Shown: piece by piece, positions 8,419-18,379 of the stretch
Numbering within the stretch: position 1 is the first letter of the stretch
Layout: each line of letters opens with the position of its first letter
DNA from: Sedimentisphaerales bacterium
Lineage (GTDB): Bacteria > Planctomycetota > Phycisphaerae > Sedimentisphaerales > Anaerobacaceae
Length of the DNA: 64,000 nt
NCBI GenBank assembly: GCA_040772485.1
Contig: JAXGYC010000007.1
Location: 384,001 to 448,000, forward strand
Direction: 5' to 3'
Position numbers and translations under genes: made by a program
Notes under the pieces: generated by a model
What the model saw: only the letters and a program-made list of their open reading frames with translations
The model's database searches: none
What the model was told of the DNA's origin: nothing

Positions 8419-11250
8419 TCATTCCGCGTCGGCCGGATGACCGAACCGAATGTCGTCGACGTAGATCAACCCGGAGCCGCCGGCGCGTGGCGCGTTTCGA
8501 TCGCCCACACCGATGTACATCTTCTCGACGCGGCTGAGGTTGACTCCGCTCAAGTCGTCAAACGCAATGCGCCATTGATTCCAGCCACCCATGAACGTCG
8601 CCGCCTCGCCGGCCGGATGCGTTACGGCCTGGACTTTGCCGCTGCTGTCCTCGACCGCCACGTACAGCGTATCGGCCGCGTTGCCCTCGGGCTGCGCCGG
8701 TCCGATCGTGGCCGCCTGCCACTGCCCCGTGACATTCCCGGTCGTAGTCACGTCGGAGAACTCCGCGCTGGTCAACACGCCCGCCGAATGACTGGTCACC
8801 ACCAGACCGACGTAGACGTCGGCGGCCATGGCGATCGTCTGCGGATTCCACGACATGGCGGTCCAGTTCTGCCCGTCGGCGGAATAGTAGCCGTTGAATG
8901 CGTTGCCGACGCGTTCGATCTTGACCCAGTACGGCATCGTCATGGCGATCTGCTCGGCCGTCGCAACGGAGGTGTCGCTGACGGCGGCCACATCCGTCGT
9001 CAAACGAGCCTGATAGCGGCAGCCATTGCCCGGCGTGGCGTAAACCGCCGCGAACGTCGAGCCGACCTCCAGCGTCTCGCGGATCATCACGCCGGCCTTC
9101 GCCCAGGCGTTGGTGTTGGCCACGCCCTCGACGCGTGCGATGACGGCGCCGTTCCCGCTGAGCTGCTTGTGTGCGAAGCGAAACTCATCCGTCGTGTTCC
9201 AGATATCGGTGCCCGCCGCTCCCATGACGATGTGGCCCGACGCCAGCTCAGCGAACGGCCCGGCACGGCCCTGGAAGTGGACGACCAGCGTGTCGGCGCC
9301 GTTGACCGTCCAGTTCTGCGGCGTCTCGAACGTCCGCTCGGCTTCAGAGTACCACGGTGACACCGAGTTGTCGTAGTGCAGAGGCATGGACTGGCCGCCG
9401 CTGTTGACGATGGTCTTCTCGGCAAACGGCGCATCGAGATACCCAACGGTCGAGCCGGTGTCATTGCCCCATCCGTCGATCCAGGTGTCGAAGATCGCCA
9501 GGCCGGCGTTGATATCGTCGGTGTAGCTCTCGAAGTCTTCGACGAGGAAGTACTCCTGCGTAGCGAAGCTCCACAGATCGCCTTCCCACGAGCCGACCGC
9601 CTCGGCCTCGTTGACCTCGGCAATCCGCCAGTAGTAGGTCGTGCCCAGATTCAGAGAACCGGGATCGTAACGGCTCGTCTCAACGGAGTCGACCAGAGCC
9701 AGTGCCTCCGGGTCCGTTCCGAAGTAGACCTCATGCACAGCCGCTTCCCGGCCGGCTCGCCAGGCCAGATCGCTTTCCGGCCCGACGGCGGCAGCGCCAT
9801 CGGCCGGCTGGGGCTCACGCGGATACACAGGCGTATGGTAGAATCGCACCTCGCTGAGCCCGTACTGGGTCAGCATGCCCCAGTTGTCGTTGATGCTGAG
9901 CCGGACGTACTTGGCCGCGATCCCTGCCAGGTCGATGGTGGTGTTGTGGGCGTAGCCGGCCTTGGCGGTTCCCTTGGCAAACTCGAAATCCCCCAGAGCC
10001 GTCCACTCCACGCCGTCGAGGGAATACTCCAGCGTGACATCCTTGAGTCCGTACCCGAGCACCGCCTCGAACATGACGTTGTAGTTCCAGACCCAGAGTT
10101 CATAGAGCTTGAGGACCCGGTCGAACTCGTACTGGATCCAGACCCCGGCGATGCCGTCGGAAGTCGCCAGCCACATGTCCGCCGCGTCGATCGAGTGCAG
10201 ATCGGCCGCATCGAGGCCGGAACCGTCCACGGTGCTCTCCGGACCGTAGCCGGCATCGGAATTGGACGCGGTGGCGATGATATTCTCCACAGGGTAGGCC
10301 AAAGGCTCGGCTGTGAAGCTCCAGACCGACCCCTTGTAGATGGTGCTTTCCGGCGGCGCGTTGACCTCGTCCACGCGCCAGTAGTAGGTCTGCCCGAAGC
10401 TCAGCAAGCCCTCGGGATCGTACGAGTTGGCGTCCTGTCCCTGGCTGAGCAGCACACCGAGCGGATTGGCTCGGGAAGCCGCGTTCACATCTTCGAACGC
10501 GGCGCCGAAATACACGTCATGCGCCGCCGCATCCGGGCTGGGCATCCAGCTCAGGACGACGTCACGCGGCACGTCGACGGCGCCGTCGGTCGGATAGGGA
10601 TCGGATGCAACCACCAGCGCCCCGCGCGGGCTCTCCGGCGGGCCCTGTTCGGTCGGCGTGTAATCCGCATTGGTCGTCAGGAGGATCTTGTCGACGGTCA
10701 GTCCGTCCTCCCGCATCCAGACGTTCACCGTATGGTCGCCGGCGGTCTTCACCTCAATGGTCGGACGCCCGCCGTTCATGATCTGACTGCTCCAGTTGTA
10801 CACGCCGTTGAAGCCGCTCATCGTCGCGGACGTGACCGGCTCGACTCCGTCCAGGCCCGTGTGGAGCGAATCGGAATTGCCGTCCATGCCATACCCGAGA
10901 ATCCAGACGTAGTAGGTCCCGGTCTTGACGAACTTGACCACGTAATCCAACTGGGGACTGGTCGTGGCAACGTTGCTGGTGATGCCGGAACCGCCGGCAA
11001 GCGTCGTCGGCGTCGATTGCATCGCGAAGCCGCCGCTGAATCCGTCCGCCGGAGCGAAGTCGTTCGAGGTCCGCGAGACCAGCTCCCACGTGTGCGGCGG
11101 CCGGGGCGTGTTCAGATCGAAGTTCTCCGCCTCCATGCAGACGATTCCGTCGGTGCCGGTGTCCTGCTGGAAGGGCTGCGCGCCGAGCGTCATCGAGCCG
11201 CATCCCAGCATCAGGATTCCGGTGATCAGAAATGTCAATCGCGTGAGCAT
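8419..11250 (-). CDS. Large secreted modular protein: CBM-like N-terminal domain, Ig/FN3-like repeats, discoidin (F5/8C-like) domain, CBM-like C-terminal module
   Basis: Signal peptide; MEAENF N-domain; two TYYWRVDEVN-type repeats; WIQYEFDRV..L..LWVWNYN...YGLSEVRF discoidin-like segment; paralog of 29700-32582; AAGGAGG RBS. Confidence 0.8.
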   Translation of the reverse strand: MLTRLTFLITGILMLGCGSMTLGAQPFQQDTGTDGIVCMEAENFDLNTPRPPHTWELVSRTSNDFAPADGFSGGFAMQSTPTTLAGGSGITSNVATTSPQLDYVVKFVKTGTYYVWILGYGMDGNSDSLHTGLDGVEPVTSATMSGFNGVYNWSSQIMNGGRPTIEVKTAGDHTVNVWMREDGLTVDKILLTTNADYTPTEQGPPESPRGALVVASDPYPTDGAVDVPRDVVLSWMPSPDAAAHDVYFGAAFEDVNAASRANPLGVLLSQGQDANSYDPEGLLSFGQTYYWRVDEVNAPPESTIYKGSVWSFTAEPLAYPVENIIATASNSDAGYGPESTVDGSGLDAADLHSIDAADMWLATSDGIAGVWIQYEFDRVLKLYELWVWNYNVMFEAVLGYGLKDVTLEYSLDGVEWTALGDFEFAKGTAKAGYAHNTTIDLAGIAAKYVRLSINDNWGMLTQYGLSEVRFYHTPVYPREPQPADGAAAVGPESDLAWRAGREAAVHEVYFGTDPEALALVDSVETSRYDPGSLNLGTTYYWRIAEVNEAEAVGSWEGDLWSFATQEYFLVEDFESYTDDINAGLAIFDTWIDGWGNDTGSTVGYLDAPFAEKTIVNSGGQSMPLHYDNSVSPWYSEAERTFETPQNWTVNGADTLVVHFQGRAGPFAELASGHIVMGAAGTDIWNTTDEFRFAHKQLSGNGAVIARVEGVANTNAWAKAGVMIRETLEVGSTFAAVYATPGNGCRYQARLTTDVAAVSDTSVATAEQIAMTMPYWVKIERVGNAFNGYYSADGQNWTAMSWNPQTIAMAADVYVGLVVTSHSAGVLTSAEFSDVTTTGNVTGQWQAATIGPAQPEGNAADTLYVAVEDSSGKVQAVTHPAGEAATFMGGWNQWRIAFDDLSGVNLSRVEKMYIGVGDRNAPRAGGSGLIYVDDIRFGHPADAE

Positions 11251-11379
11251 TGCTGTCCTCCTTCAGAAGAGATGGAAGCGCCCCTCAAACGCTTCGTCCA
11301 AATGTCCGGCTTCAAGCCGGGCGCGGCGCCTGCCTTCGCGACCCTCCAAGCCGGCAAGCAGCCCGAAACACCACAACGC

Positions 11380-11413
11380 GCTCAATTATCCCAAATTGAG
11401 CCTCGCCGTTCAA
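11380..11413 (-). promoter_or_regulatory. Sigma70-type promoter with overlapping palindromic operator
   Basis: TTGAAC(11413-11408)-17 nt-GATAAT(11390-11385); perfect palindrome GCTCAATT-N6-AATTGAGC at 11380-11401. Confidence 0.6.
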
Positions 11414-11470
11414 GGGCATTCTGGCAGGCGCCGTGCCCGTGGGCGACCCGTGTGTCAGAAAGGCCGGTCG

Positions 11471-14400
11471 CTACCGGCCCGCTCCGGCCGGCGCGATCTC
11501 GCCGGCGAACTCGTAGGCTCCCATGTCCACAATGCCATTGGTCACCCGCCAATTGCCGGCCAAGTCGAAGGCAGGTAGCGGGGGCTCGGTCTGGTTCGAT
11601 CCCGAGTCGATTGCCGGGGAATCCGACGCCAGACGGAAGTCGTCGTCCTCGGTGCCGAGCACGCCATCGGCTCCAAAGGGGTCCGCGAACAGAGGATCAA
11701 GCCCCGGCTCGCAGATGCTGGTGATGATCTCCGGAAGCACAGGACCAGCACGGAACGCGACCGGCGTGCCGGAGGTGGAATCGGCGACCGAACCGTGGAG
11801 AATGCAATTCGCAATCGTCATGGCGGGCAGGTGCACCCAGGAATCCTCAGGTCTGGCCATCACCGCCAAGGTCGGCGGACGATCGAGAGCCGGCGAGCTA
11901 TTGCCAAAGAGCGTGCAGTTCAGCAGGCGATGGACCTGTGGCTCGTTGACATAGTTGCCCTCAGGGTAGGCGATCGCGCCGCCTCCATCTGCCGCGGTGT
12001 TGGCCACCAGCAGGCAGTTGACCAGTTCGATTCTGCCGATGCTGTGTGCGCTGAGGGCGCCGCCTTTCGCACCGGCACCGTTTCGCCGGAACACGCAATG
12101 GCGCAACGTCAAATCCGCCTTGATGTGCGACCAAATCGCGCCGCCATCGTACTCGGCCACGTTGTCTTCCCACAGACAGCCGGCGAATACCGGACGCCAT
12201 CGGCGTCCGTTGGACACGGCGCCGCCCCACGAGGCGCAATTGCCGAGAAAGGCACACCTCGTGAACACCGGTTGCCACTGATTGCCCTCGTACGGCTCAT
12301 CCGAGCCGGAACCGTCGGTATGGAGCAGGCAGACGGCGCCGCCGGTGCCCGCGTAGTTGTCGGTGAACACGCAGTCCGTCAGGCGAGGAGAACACCCGCC
12401 CCGACAGGAAAGGCCTCCGCCCTGGGCCTGGAGCCGAGAGTGGCTGCGCGGCGCGTCTGCATGTCCGCCGGTCACGACAACGCCTTCGAGAACGGCCCGG
12501 TTATCCAGTCCCTCGCACGTCACCACGTTGAGGCTGTTGCCCTGTTTCGAGTTGGGGTCCTCACCGGTGTCGTTGCGATCGATGTCGCCGCTGAGTATGG
12601 TCACAGAGGTATTCGGATCCCAGGCATTCGGGTCGGCTGCCCCGAGGCCGGCGTATCCGCCGCGGATCGTCGTGCCTGCCTTCAGCTCGAAACTGGCCTC
12701 GCGGTCCAGCGGGTCGTCGGTCGGGGTGTAGAGGCCCTGCGCCACGCGGATTTCGTCACCCGGCTGGGCAACCGCCAGAGCATCCTGGAGACGCCCGAAG
12801 GCGCCGGCCCAGGACGTGCCATCCCCGGAGTTGCCCATGTCGTCATCCACGTGCAGGACCATGCCGCCCAGGTAGGTCTTGCTGGCTTCGGCGGTGCCGC
12901 CGTAGGCGCCGAGATTGACGATGCCACCGTTCGGAACAGGCTCGTCGCCAACCGGAGCGATTGGATCGCCCGCGTCGATGCAAGGACTGGTCACATCGTC
13001 CTGCACCCAGCTCTCACTGATCGGGTCCCATCGCCCGGCCTGACTCTTGAGATGGTAATCGCCATCGACCCAAGTCGCGGCTCTCGATATCGAATCCGAA
13101 CGCCAGTGGCCAACAGAGGCAAAACACGGGTCCACGTCAATGTTCCCCTCTCCCGGCCAGCCTCCGTCTACGTTGCTGTGGATCACTACGGCGCCGGAGA
13201 GCTCCTCGTCGTCATTGTCCCAGACAATGCAGTGGTCCAGGACCGCACCACCGGCCTCATCGGATAATCCGCCGATGGAGCCGCCTCGATTCTGCGCCAG
13301 CGTGCAATGCATCAGCGTCGGACTGGCTCCTCGACTGTATATGGCGCCACCATCGAAACTGGCGTTGCCCACGAAAAGGCAGTTCATCAAAGTCGTGTAG
13401 CTGTTGTCATTGTAGAGCCCTCCACCGGGAGAAGTGTAGGCCCTGTTTCCAGCGAACCGGCAGCGGACGAACACCGGCCCGGGTCCCGTGGGCTCCGGGT
13501 CGCCACGGCCGACGCCATCACGCACGTGGACGGCACCGCCGCCGTCCCCGCTGGCCACGTTGCTTTCGAAGAGACAGTCCGTCGCCTGAAGAGCGCTTTG
13601 GAGGGTGTTCAGCGCCCCGCCTCGATCGGCCCTATTATCGAAGAAGGAACATTGTATGAGAACAAGATTGCTGCGATTGTTCAAGCCGCTACTGTGGCTG
13701 AGGCCTCCCCCTCCTTCGGGGGCGGAGTTGCCTTCAAACGAACACCGACGAAGAACCATGGAAGAACCGGTGCCGCTGATGCGCGCCCCGCCGCCGGATC
13801 CCTCGAAGGGGCCTTTGCTCTTGGCCCTATTGTCGACGAAGAGACAATCCGCACACGTACTCCCATCGCCTGGCGCTGCGCACATCCCCGCGCCCTCAAA
13901 GGCTTCGTTTTCCCGGAACGTGCAGCGTTCCAACTTCAAGACCCCGTTACGAGCGCACAGACCGCCACCCTGATTCTCCGCCTTGTTCCGCTCAAAGAGA
14001 CAGTCTACAAACGTGAGGTCGCTATCCTTGCCCCAGAATCCTCCGCCGCTGTCCCACGTGAAGTTGTTGCGGAATACACAGGCCTTCAGCACGGGACTAC
14101 CCCCGGAGCTGTACATCCCGGCGCCGTTTCCAGTGCTCGACATGGTCTTGTTATGGATGACCGTGCACCGCTCCATCCGAAGATCGCTGGCCAGACACGT
14201 GACGCCGGAACCGGAATACCCCCAACCGCTCGTGACCGTGAACCCATCCAGGACAGTCGTCGCGTCGTTGCTCAGAGAGGCGACGACGGTTCGGCTGTTG
14301 TCGTCCATGTTGGAGAAATCAGGACCGTCGTCTCCATCCAGGTCTCCGCTGAGAATCGTCTCGTAGCGATCGATGTTACGTTCGTTGGGATCGGTGCCCG

Positions 14401-14710
14401 TCAGGCCGGCATAGCCTCCAGCCAGCGTTACACCGTTGACCAGAAGAAACCTCGCGTCACGATCTCCTGGAGAGAAACCAACACCTTGGTCAGGCTTGTA
14501 CAAGCCTTGGGCCACTCGAACCCTGTCGCCTCTTCCAGCCACGCCCAGGGCGTCCTGGAGATGCACGAATGCATCTGCCCAGGACGTACCGTCATTAGCG
14601 CCGACGGCATCGTCATCGACATAGATGACACCGCCCCATCCGGCCGGCGTGAGCCCCACGACCAGGGCGCACGCGACCACCATGATTCGCTTGCCTGCCA
14701 ACCTGTCCAT
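11471..14710 (-). CDS. Secreted right-handed beta-helix repeat protein (Pmp-like GGA(I/L/V)/FxxN repeats, choice-of-anchor-Q-like ends), two tandem modules
   Basis: Signal peptide; GAAAGGAG RBS; many GG(A/G)x and FxxNxA motifs; two YVDDD...DGTSW..AF..LQDAL modules; SPCIDAG...NLGAYG and SPAIDSG...DMGAYE ends. Confidence 0.82.
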   Translation of the reverse strand: MDRLAGKRIMVVACALVVGLTPAGWGGVIYVDDDAVGANDGTSWADAFVHLQDALGVAGRGDRVRVAQGLYKPDQGVGFSPGDRDARFLLVNGVTLAGGYAGLTGTDPNERNIDRYETILSGDLDGDDGPDFSNMDDNSRTVVASLSNDATTVLDGFTVTSGWGYSGSGVTCLASDLRMERCTVIHNKTMSSTGNGAGMYSSGGSPVLKACVFRNNFTWDSGGGFWGKDSDLTFVDCLFERNKAENQGGGLCARNGVLKLERCTFRENEAFEGAGMCAAPGDGSTCADCLFVDNRAKSKGPFEGSGGGARISGTGSSMVLRRCSFEGNSAPEGGGGLSHSSGLNNRSNLVLIQCSFFDNRADRGGALNTLQSALQATDCLFESNVASGDGGGAVHVRDGVGRGDPEPTGPGPVFVRCRFAGNRAYTSPGGGLYNDNSYTTLMNCLFVGNASFDGGAIYSRGASPTLMHCTLAQNRGGSIGGLSDEAGGAVLDHCIVWDNDDEELSGAVVIHSNVDGGWPGEGNIDVDPCFASVGHWRSDSISRAATWVDGDYHLKSQAGRWDPISESWVQDDVTSPCIDAGDPIAPVGDEPVPNGGIVNLGAYGGTAEASKTYLGGMVLHVDDDMGNSGDGTSWAGAFGRLQDALAVAQPGDEIRVAQGLYTPTDDPLDREASFELKAGTTIRGGYAGLGAADPNAWDPNTSVTILSGDIDRNDTGEDPNSKQGNSLNVVTCEGLDNRAVLEGVVVTGGHADAPRSHSRLQAQGGGLSCRGGCSPRLTDCVFTDNYAGTGGAVCLLHTDGSGSDEPYEGNQWQPVFTRCAFLGNCASWGGAVSNGRRWRPVFAGCLWEDNVAEYDGGAIWSHIKADLTLRHCVFRRNGAGAKGGALSAHSIGRIELVNCLLVANTAADGGGAIAYPEGNYVNEPQVHRLLNCTLFGNSSPALDRPPTLAVMARPEDSWVHLPAMTIANCILHGSVADSTSGTPVAFRAGPVLPEIITSICEPGLDPLFADPFGADGVLGTEDDDFRLASDSPAIDSGSNQTEPPLPAFDLAGNWRVTNGIVDMGAYEFAGEIAPAGAGR

Positions 14711-15079
14711 GTTCCGCTCCTTTCGATCTGATGCTATGAAGATATGAGGCCGCATGGACACCGGTCCATGCCGTTTCTGCGCAGACCGCCTCCCCTCTCG
14801 CTCGGTGCAGGCTCAAGACGTGACCGAATTGGAGATTCTCCGCGCATGTTGCACCTCGTGCCCCAGGACGCTCTACGCGCAGCGTCCGGACAGCAGAGAA
14901 ACTCGCCGGGTCACAAAGGCAGGCGGCTATGAATGGAAAAGTATGATATGATAGCAGACCACAGTTTTATGATAGGCGCTTCTGCCCACCTTTATGTCTC
15001 ATTTTCTGAATTCTACAGCTATGTAGACGGGGTTTGCAAGGAATTTCCGGGCGGAAGACGTTTTTTTTGCCGGGAGACT

Positions 15080-16324
15080 TCAGCCTGCCTCCGGTCGCGG
15101 AAACCGTGTGCGGCAGGCGAAATAGACTGCCAGTTGGGCGACCAGACCCAGACCGGTCAGCGCGACGGCGAACCAGTACGGTGCATACGGGCCGACGTGC
15201 CTGGCCAGATGGCCGCCGGTCCCGGCGCCCGTGATGATGCCGATGGATATGACGATCTCGTGAATGGTCATGCGGGCGGACCGATTGCGGCTGGCCGAGA
15301 CGCCATAGTAGAGGTGGCTGCTGTAGGCAAACCCGAACGGCAGACCGAGCACGATGGCCGAGACGATAAAGACCCCCAGCGTCCGCCCACAGATCATCAT
15401 CAGCAGAGCAATCATGAGCATCCCCTGGCCCGTCAGAAGAGGCGCCAATCGGAAATGCCAGAAGGCCCAGCGGCCCGATGCCGTCAGCGACAGGAAATTG
15501 CACAACGCGAAGATCGCATAGTAGATGCCGAACTGGGCTTCGGAACAACCCAAGGCCACGAAGAGCAGTGCGAATTGGGACCGCACGATGGCCTGCGAGG
15601 CCCACGCGCAGAACAGGGCGACTCGCGACATCCAGCGATAGGCGACCAGCGAGCGCGGATCATGAATCGGCTCGCCCGGCGCACCCGACGGTCCCGTCTC
15701 GTTTGTATGCCCCGCGTTGTTGCGAGCCAGAACCAGCAGCAGCAAGGACAGCGCGAAGCACGCCAACGCCGCGATCATCGGCCACAGCGGATTCCGCTCG
15801 ACCAGCCAGGCCCCGATGATCGGACCGATCAGGCCACCGCTCGACCAGGAACCGTTGTACCGTCCGAGCTGGCGATTCAGCGCTACGCCCTCATAGCGAG
15901 CGGAGACCCAGCTCATCAGAAAGGGCCAGAACAGCGCCATGGCGGCCCCGCCGAACCCTCCGGCCGCGATGATCATCCAGATCCAGGCCCGCCCGTCGGC
16001 GCCTCCATGCCGGCCCGAGCCAAACACCGCCGCCACCATCACCAGCGACGCGACCAGAGCCGCCACAGTCGCCAGACGCGTCGCTCTCCTGACGTCCAGG
16101 TGCCCCAGCAGCGAGCCGGTGAACACCAGCGCGGCCATGTACGCCAGGCTGTTGCCCGCCAGCGCATAGCCCACGTGGGTTTCGGTGCCGCCAATGGCGG
16201 TCAGGACGAAAGGCATGGCGGTCCAGCAGATGCCCAGACTCAGCGCGGTGGCGAAAGCCGCTCCGTACAACGGCCAGTTCCGGGCGGTCCCGGTCGAATT
16301 CTCTATCTGATGCTCCAACATCAT
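15080..16324 (-). CDS. MFS transporter
   Basis: About 12 hydrophobic segments in two halves; start uncertain (16324 or 16321). Confidence 0.8.
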   Translation of the reverse strand: MMLEHQIENSTGTARNWPLYGAAFATALSLGICWTAMPFVLTAIGGTETHVGYALAGNSLAYMAALVFTGSLLGHLDVRRATRLATVAALVASLVMVAAVFGSGRHGGADGRAWIWMIIAAGGFGGAAMALFWPFLMSWVSARYEGVALNRQLGRYNGSWSSGGLIGPIIGAWLVERNPLWPMIAALACFALSLLLLVLARNNAGHTNETGPSGAPGEPIHDPRSLVAYRWMSRVALFCAWASQAIVRSQFALLFVALGCSEAQFGIYYAIFALCNFLSLTASGRWAFWHFRLAPLLTGQGMLMIALLMMICGRTLGVFIVSAIVLGLPFGFAYSSHLYYGVSASRNRSARMTIHEIVISIGIITGAGTGGHLARHVGPYAPYWFAVALTGLGLVAQLAVYFACRTRFPRPEAG

Positions 16325-16486
16325 CTCTATCGGGCTCCAAGCCCGGTGATTGTAGCACCCACCCGCCAGTCCGCCAGCCACCGCCTGCAAGAAAACAACG
16401 AACCGCTGGAAGATCTCCATACCCAATCACAGTGCACTGGTGTGTAATAGGCCGAACAGCGATCGCGTTTCAGTCAGGTGCGCAGG

Positions 16487-17050
16487 ATGGTTGAGGAAAG
16501 ACTGTTGATTCTCCGATTCAAGAGAGGCTCGCCGCAGGCCCTGCGCCGGATGTATGACAAGTACAAGGTGGAACTGCTTAAGCTGGCCACCGTGCTGCTG
16601 GGCGATGGGAACACCGCCGAGGATGTCGTGCACGATGTCTTCGTGGCGTTCGCCGGCTCGGCCAAGCGGATCAAACTGACCGGTAGCCTCCGCAGCTATC
16701 TGACCACGAGTGTGGTCAATCGCGTCCGGAATCACAGGCGAAACACCGGCCGGCACCAACAGATCGGCCTGGAAGACGTACCGTTGCCTGCGTCCGCCGG
16801 CCCGGAACCGGCGCAGTGGGCGATTCTCAGCGAGCAGCTCGCCCTGCTGGCTGAGGCGATGCAGCAGGTGCCTTATGAGCAACGCGAAGCGGTCAGCCTT
16901 CGCATGGAGATGGACATGAGCTTCCGCCAGATCGCGGCGGTGCAGCGCGTGCCGCTGAACACCGCCAAGGGCCGATATCGATACGGCATGGAACGACTGC
17001 GGTCTCTGCTGAACAGTGAGGTGCGACAATGCGACCCGCAGACCACATAA
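16487..17050 (+). CDS. ECF RNA polymerase sigma factor
   Basis: Region 2 AEDVVHDVF..YLTTSVVNRVRN and region 4 QREAVSLR...SFRQIA...PLNTAKGRYRYG. Confidence 0.93.
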   Translation: MVEERLLILRFKRGSPQALRRMYDKYKVELLKLATVLLGDGNTAEDVVHDVFVAFAGSAKRIKLTGSLRSYLTTSVVNRVRNHRRNTGRHQQIGLEDVPLPASAGPEPAQWAILSEQLALLAEAMQQVPYEQREAVSLRMEMDMSFRQIAAVQRVPLNTAKGRYRYGMERLRSLLNSEVRQCDPQTT

Positions 17051-18348
17051 GAAAGTTCTTTCGAGAAGCCCGGCTGGGCATTGGGCCTCAGGCCGACGAG
17101 CGGGTCTTTCGGGACATGCTCCAAGCCCAGCAAGAACACGCAAAGAGGCCAGAGACATTGACTGTAAAAGGGAGATCGATCATGAAGAGTCCATTCGCCA
17201 AGCTCGCCGTCGCCGCCGCCGTTGTCGTCGCCTGCGTCATGGGCCTGTTCTTGTGGACGGGCACCCAGTCCAGCGTGGCCCTGGCCGACGTCCTGGCCCG
17301 AATGCACGAGGTCAGAGCGTACGTATTCCGCTGCACCGCGACAATCACCGGGCTGAAAGTCGGTGATTCAACAGTAGATACAGAGTCCCACAGTATTATC
17401 GTGACGTCGCAGGACCACGGAACCAAGATGGTCATAGAGACCATCGATCCCAACGGGACGAGAACCATGACTCAGGAGATGTACATGTCGCCCCAGAACG
17501 GGACCATGCTGACGATCATGCCCGAAGAGAAAAGGTACATCCGCATGGAATACGACGAGAGCATGGCCGAACGCATGCGCAAACAGAATCAGGACCCGAG
17601 CGCCATCGTCCAGCTCGCCGTAGGACAGGGCTATGAGAGTCTGGGACGGGTCATGCTCGACGGTGTCGAGGTCGAGAAGTTCCGCAGCATAGACCCCAAC
17701 TTTCTGGGCAACGTGGTGGATCAGCCCGAAGTCATGATCTACGTGGACGTGCAGACCCAACTGCCTGTGCGCATGGAAATGGACGCTCGGATGGGCGAAG
17801 GGGCGCGCATTCATACCGCGATGCACGATTTCCAGTGGGACGTGGTGGTCGACGCGGCCGAGTTCGACCCGGTCATCCCGGACGACTACACACCTTTGGC
17901 CGGTGGTGCGCTCAAGATGCCGGCCATGAACGAGGAGACGGCCATCCAGGGGTTGAAGCTCTGCGTGGAACTGACGGGCCGCTACCCGGAGAAGCTCGAC
18001 ATGATAAGCCTCATGTCACAGATGGGGCTTGCCCAAAACCATGAGAACCCGCTGTTCAGGCGGCTTCGAGACGAGAACAAGAACCTCACGGAGGACGAGA
18101 GGATCAGGAAGCTCACAGATATTTTGATGCCCATCCAGGCCATCGGCACCTTCCACGCCCTGCTCGTCGCGGATGACAAGGCCCCGGCCTACTATGGCGA
18201 ATTCGTCACACCCGAGGACGCCGATCAGGTCCTGATGCGCTGGCAGGTTTCTGAGACGGAGTATCGTGTCATCTTCGGCAGTCTGCACGTCGAGACCGTC
18301 AGCGCCGAGGTGCTGGCGGAGCTTGAGAAGACGTTGCCTCAACAGTGA
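17029..18348 (+). CDS. Membrane-anchored putative anti-sigma factor with LolA-like extracytoplasmic domain
   Basis: Overlaps the ECF gene by 22 nt; short cytoplasmic N-terminus, one TM (LAVAAAVVVACVMGLFLW), ALADVL motif, LGR..LDG...IYVD..TQLPVRME pattern. Confidence 0.65.
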   Translation: MRPADHIRKFFREARLGIGPQADERVFRDMLQAQQEHAKRPETLTVKGRSIMKSPFAKLAVAAAVVVACVMGLFLWTGTQSSVALADVLARMHEVRAYVFRCTATITGLKVGDSTVDTESHSIIVTSQDHGTKMVIETIDPNGTRTMTQEMYMSPQNGTMLTIMPEEKRYIRMEYDESMAERMRKQNQDPSAIVQLAVGQGYESLGRVMLDGVEVEKFRSIDPNFLGNVVDQPEVMIYVDVQTQLPVRMEMDARMGEGARIHTAMHDFQWDVVVDAAEFDPVIPDDYTPLAGGALKMPAMNEETAIQGLKLCVELTGRYPEKLDMISLMSQMGLAQNHENPLFRRLRDENKNLTEDERIRKLTDILMPIQAIGTFHALLVADDKAPAYYGEFVTPEDADQVLMRWQVSETEYRVIFGSLHVETVSAEVLAELEKTLPQQ

Positions 18349-18379
18349 CAGACGGTCCGGTGCGGTTTGACACAGTCCC

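Noticed and set aside
14930..15070. AT-rich stretch upstream of the beta-helix gene as a riboswitch
   Set aside because: No recognisable aptamer consensus (c-di-GMP, SAM, TPP, cobalamin); probably ordinary promoter DNA
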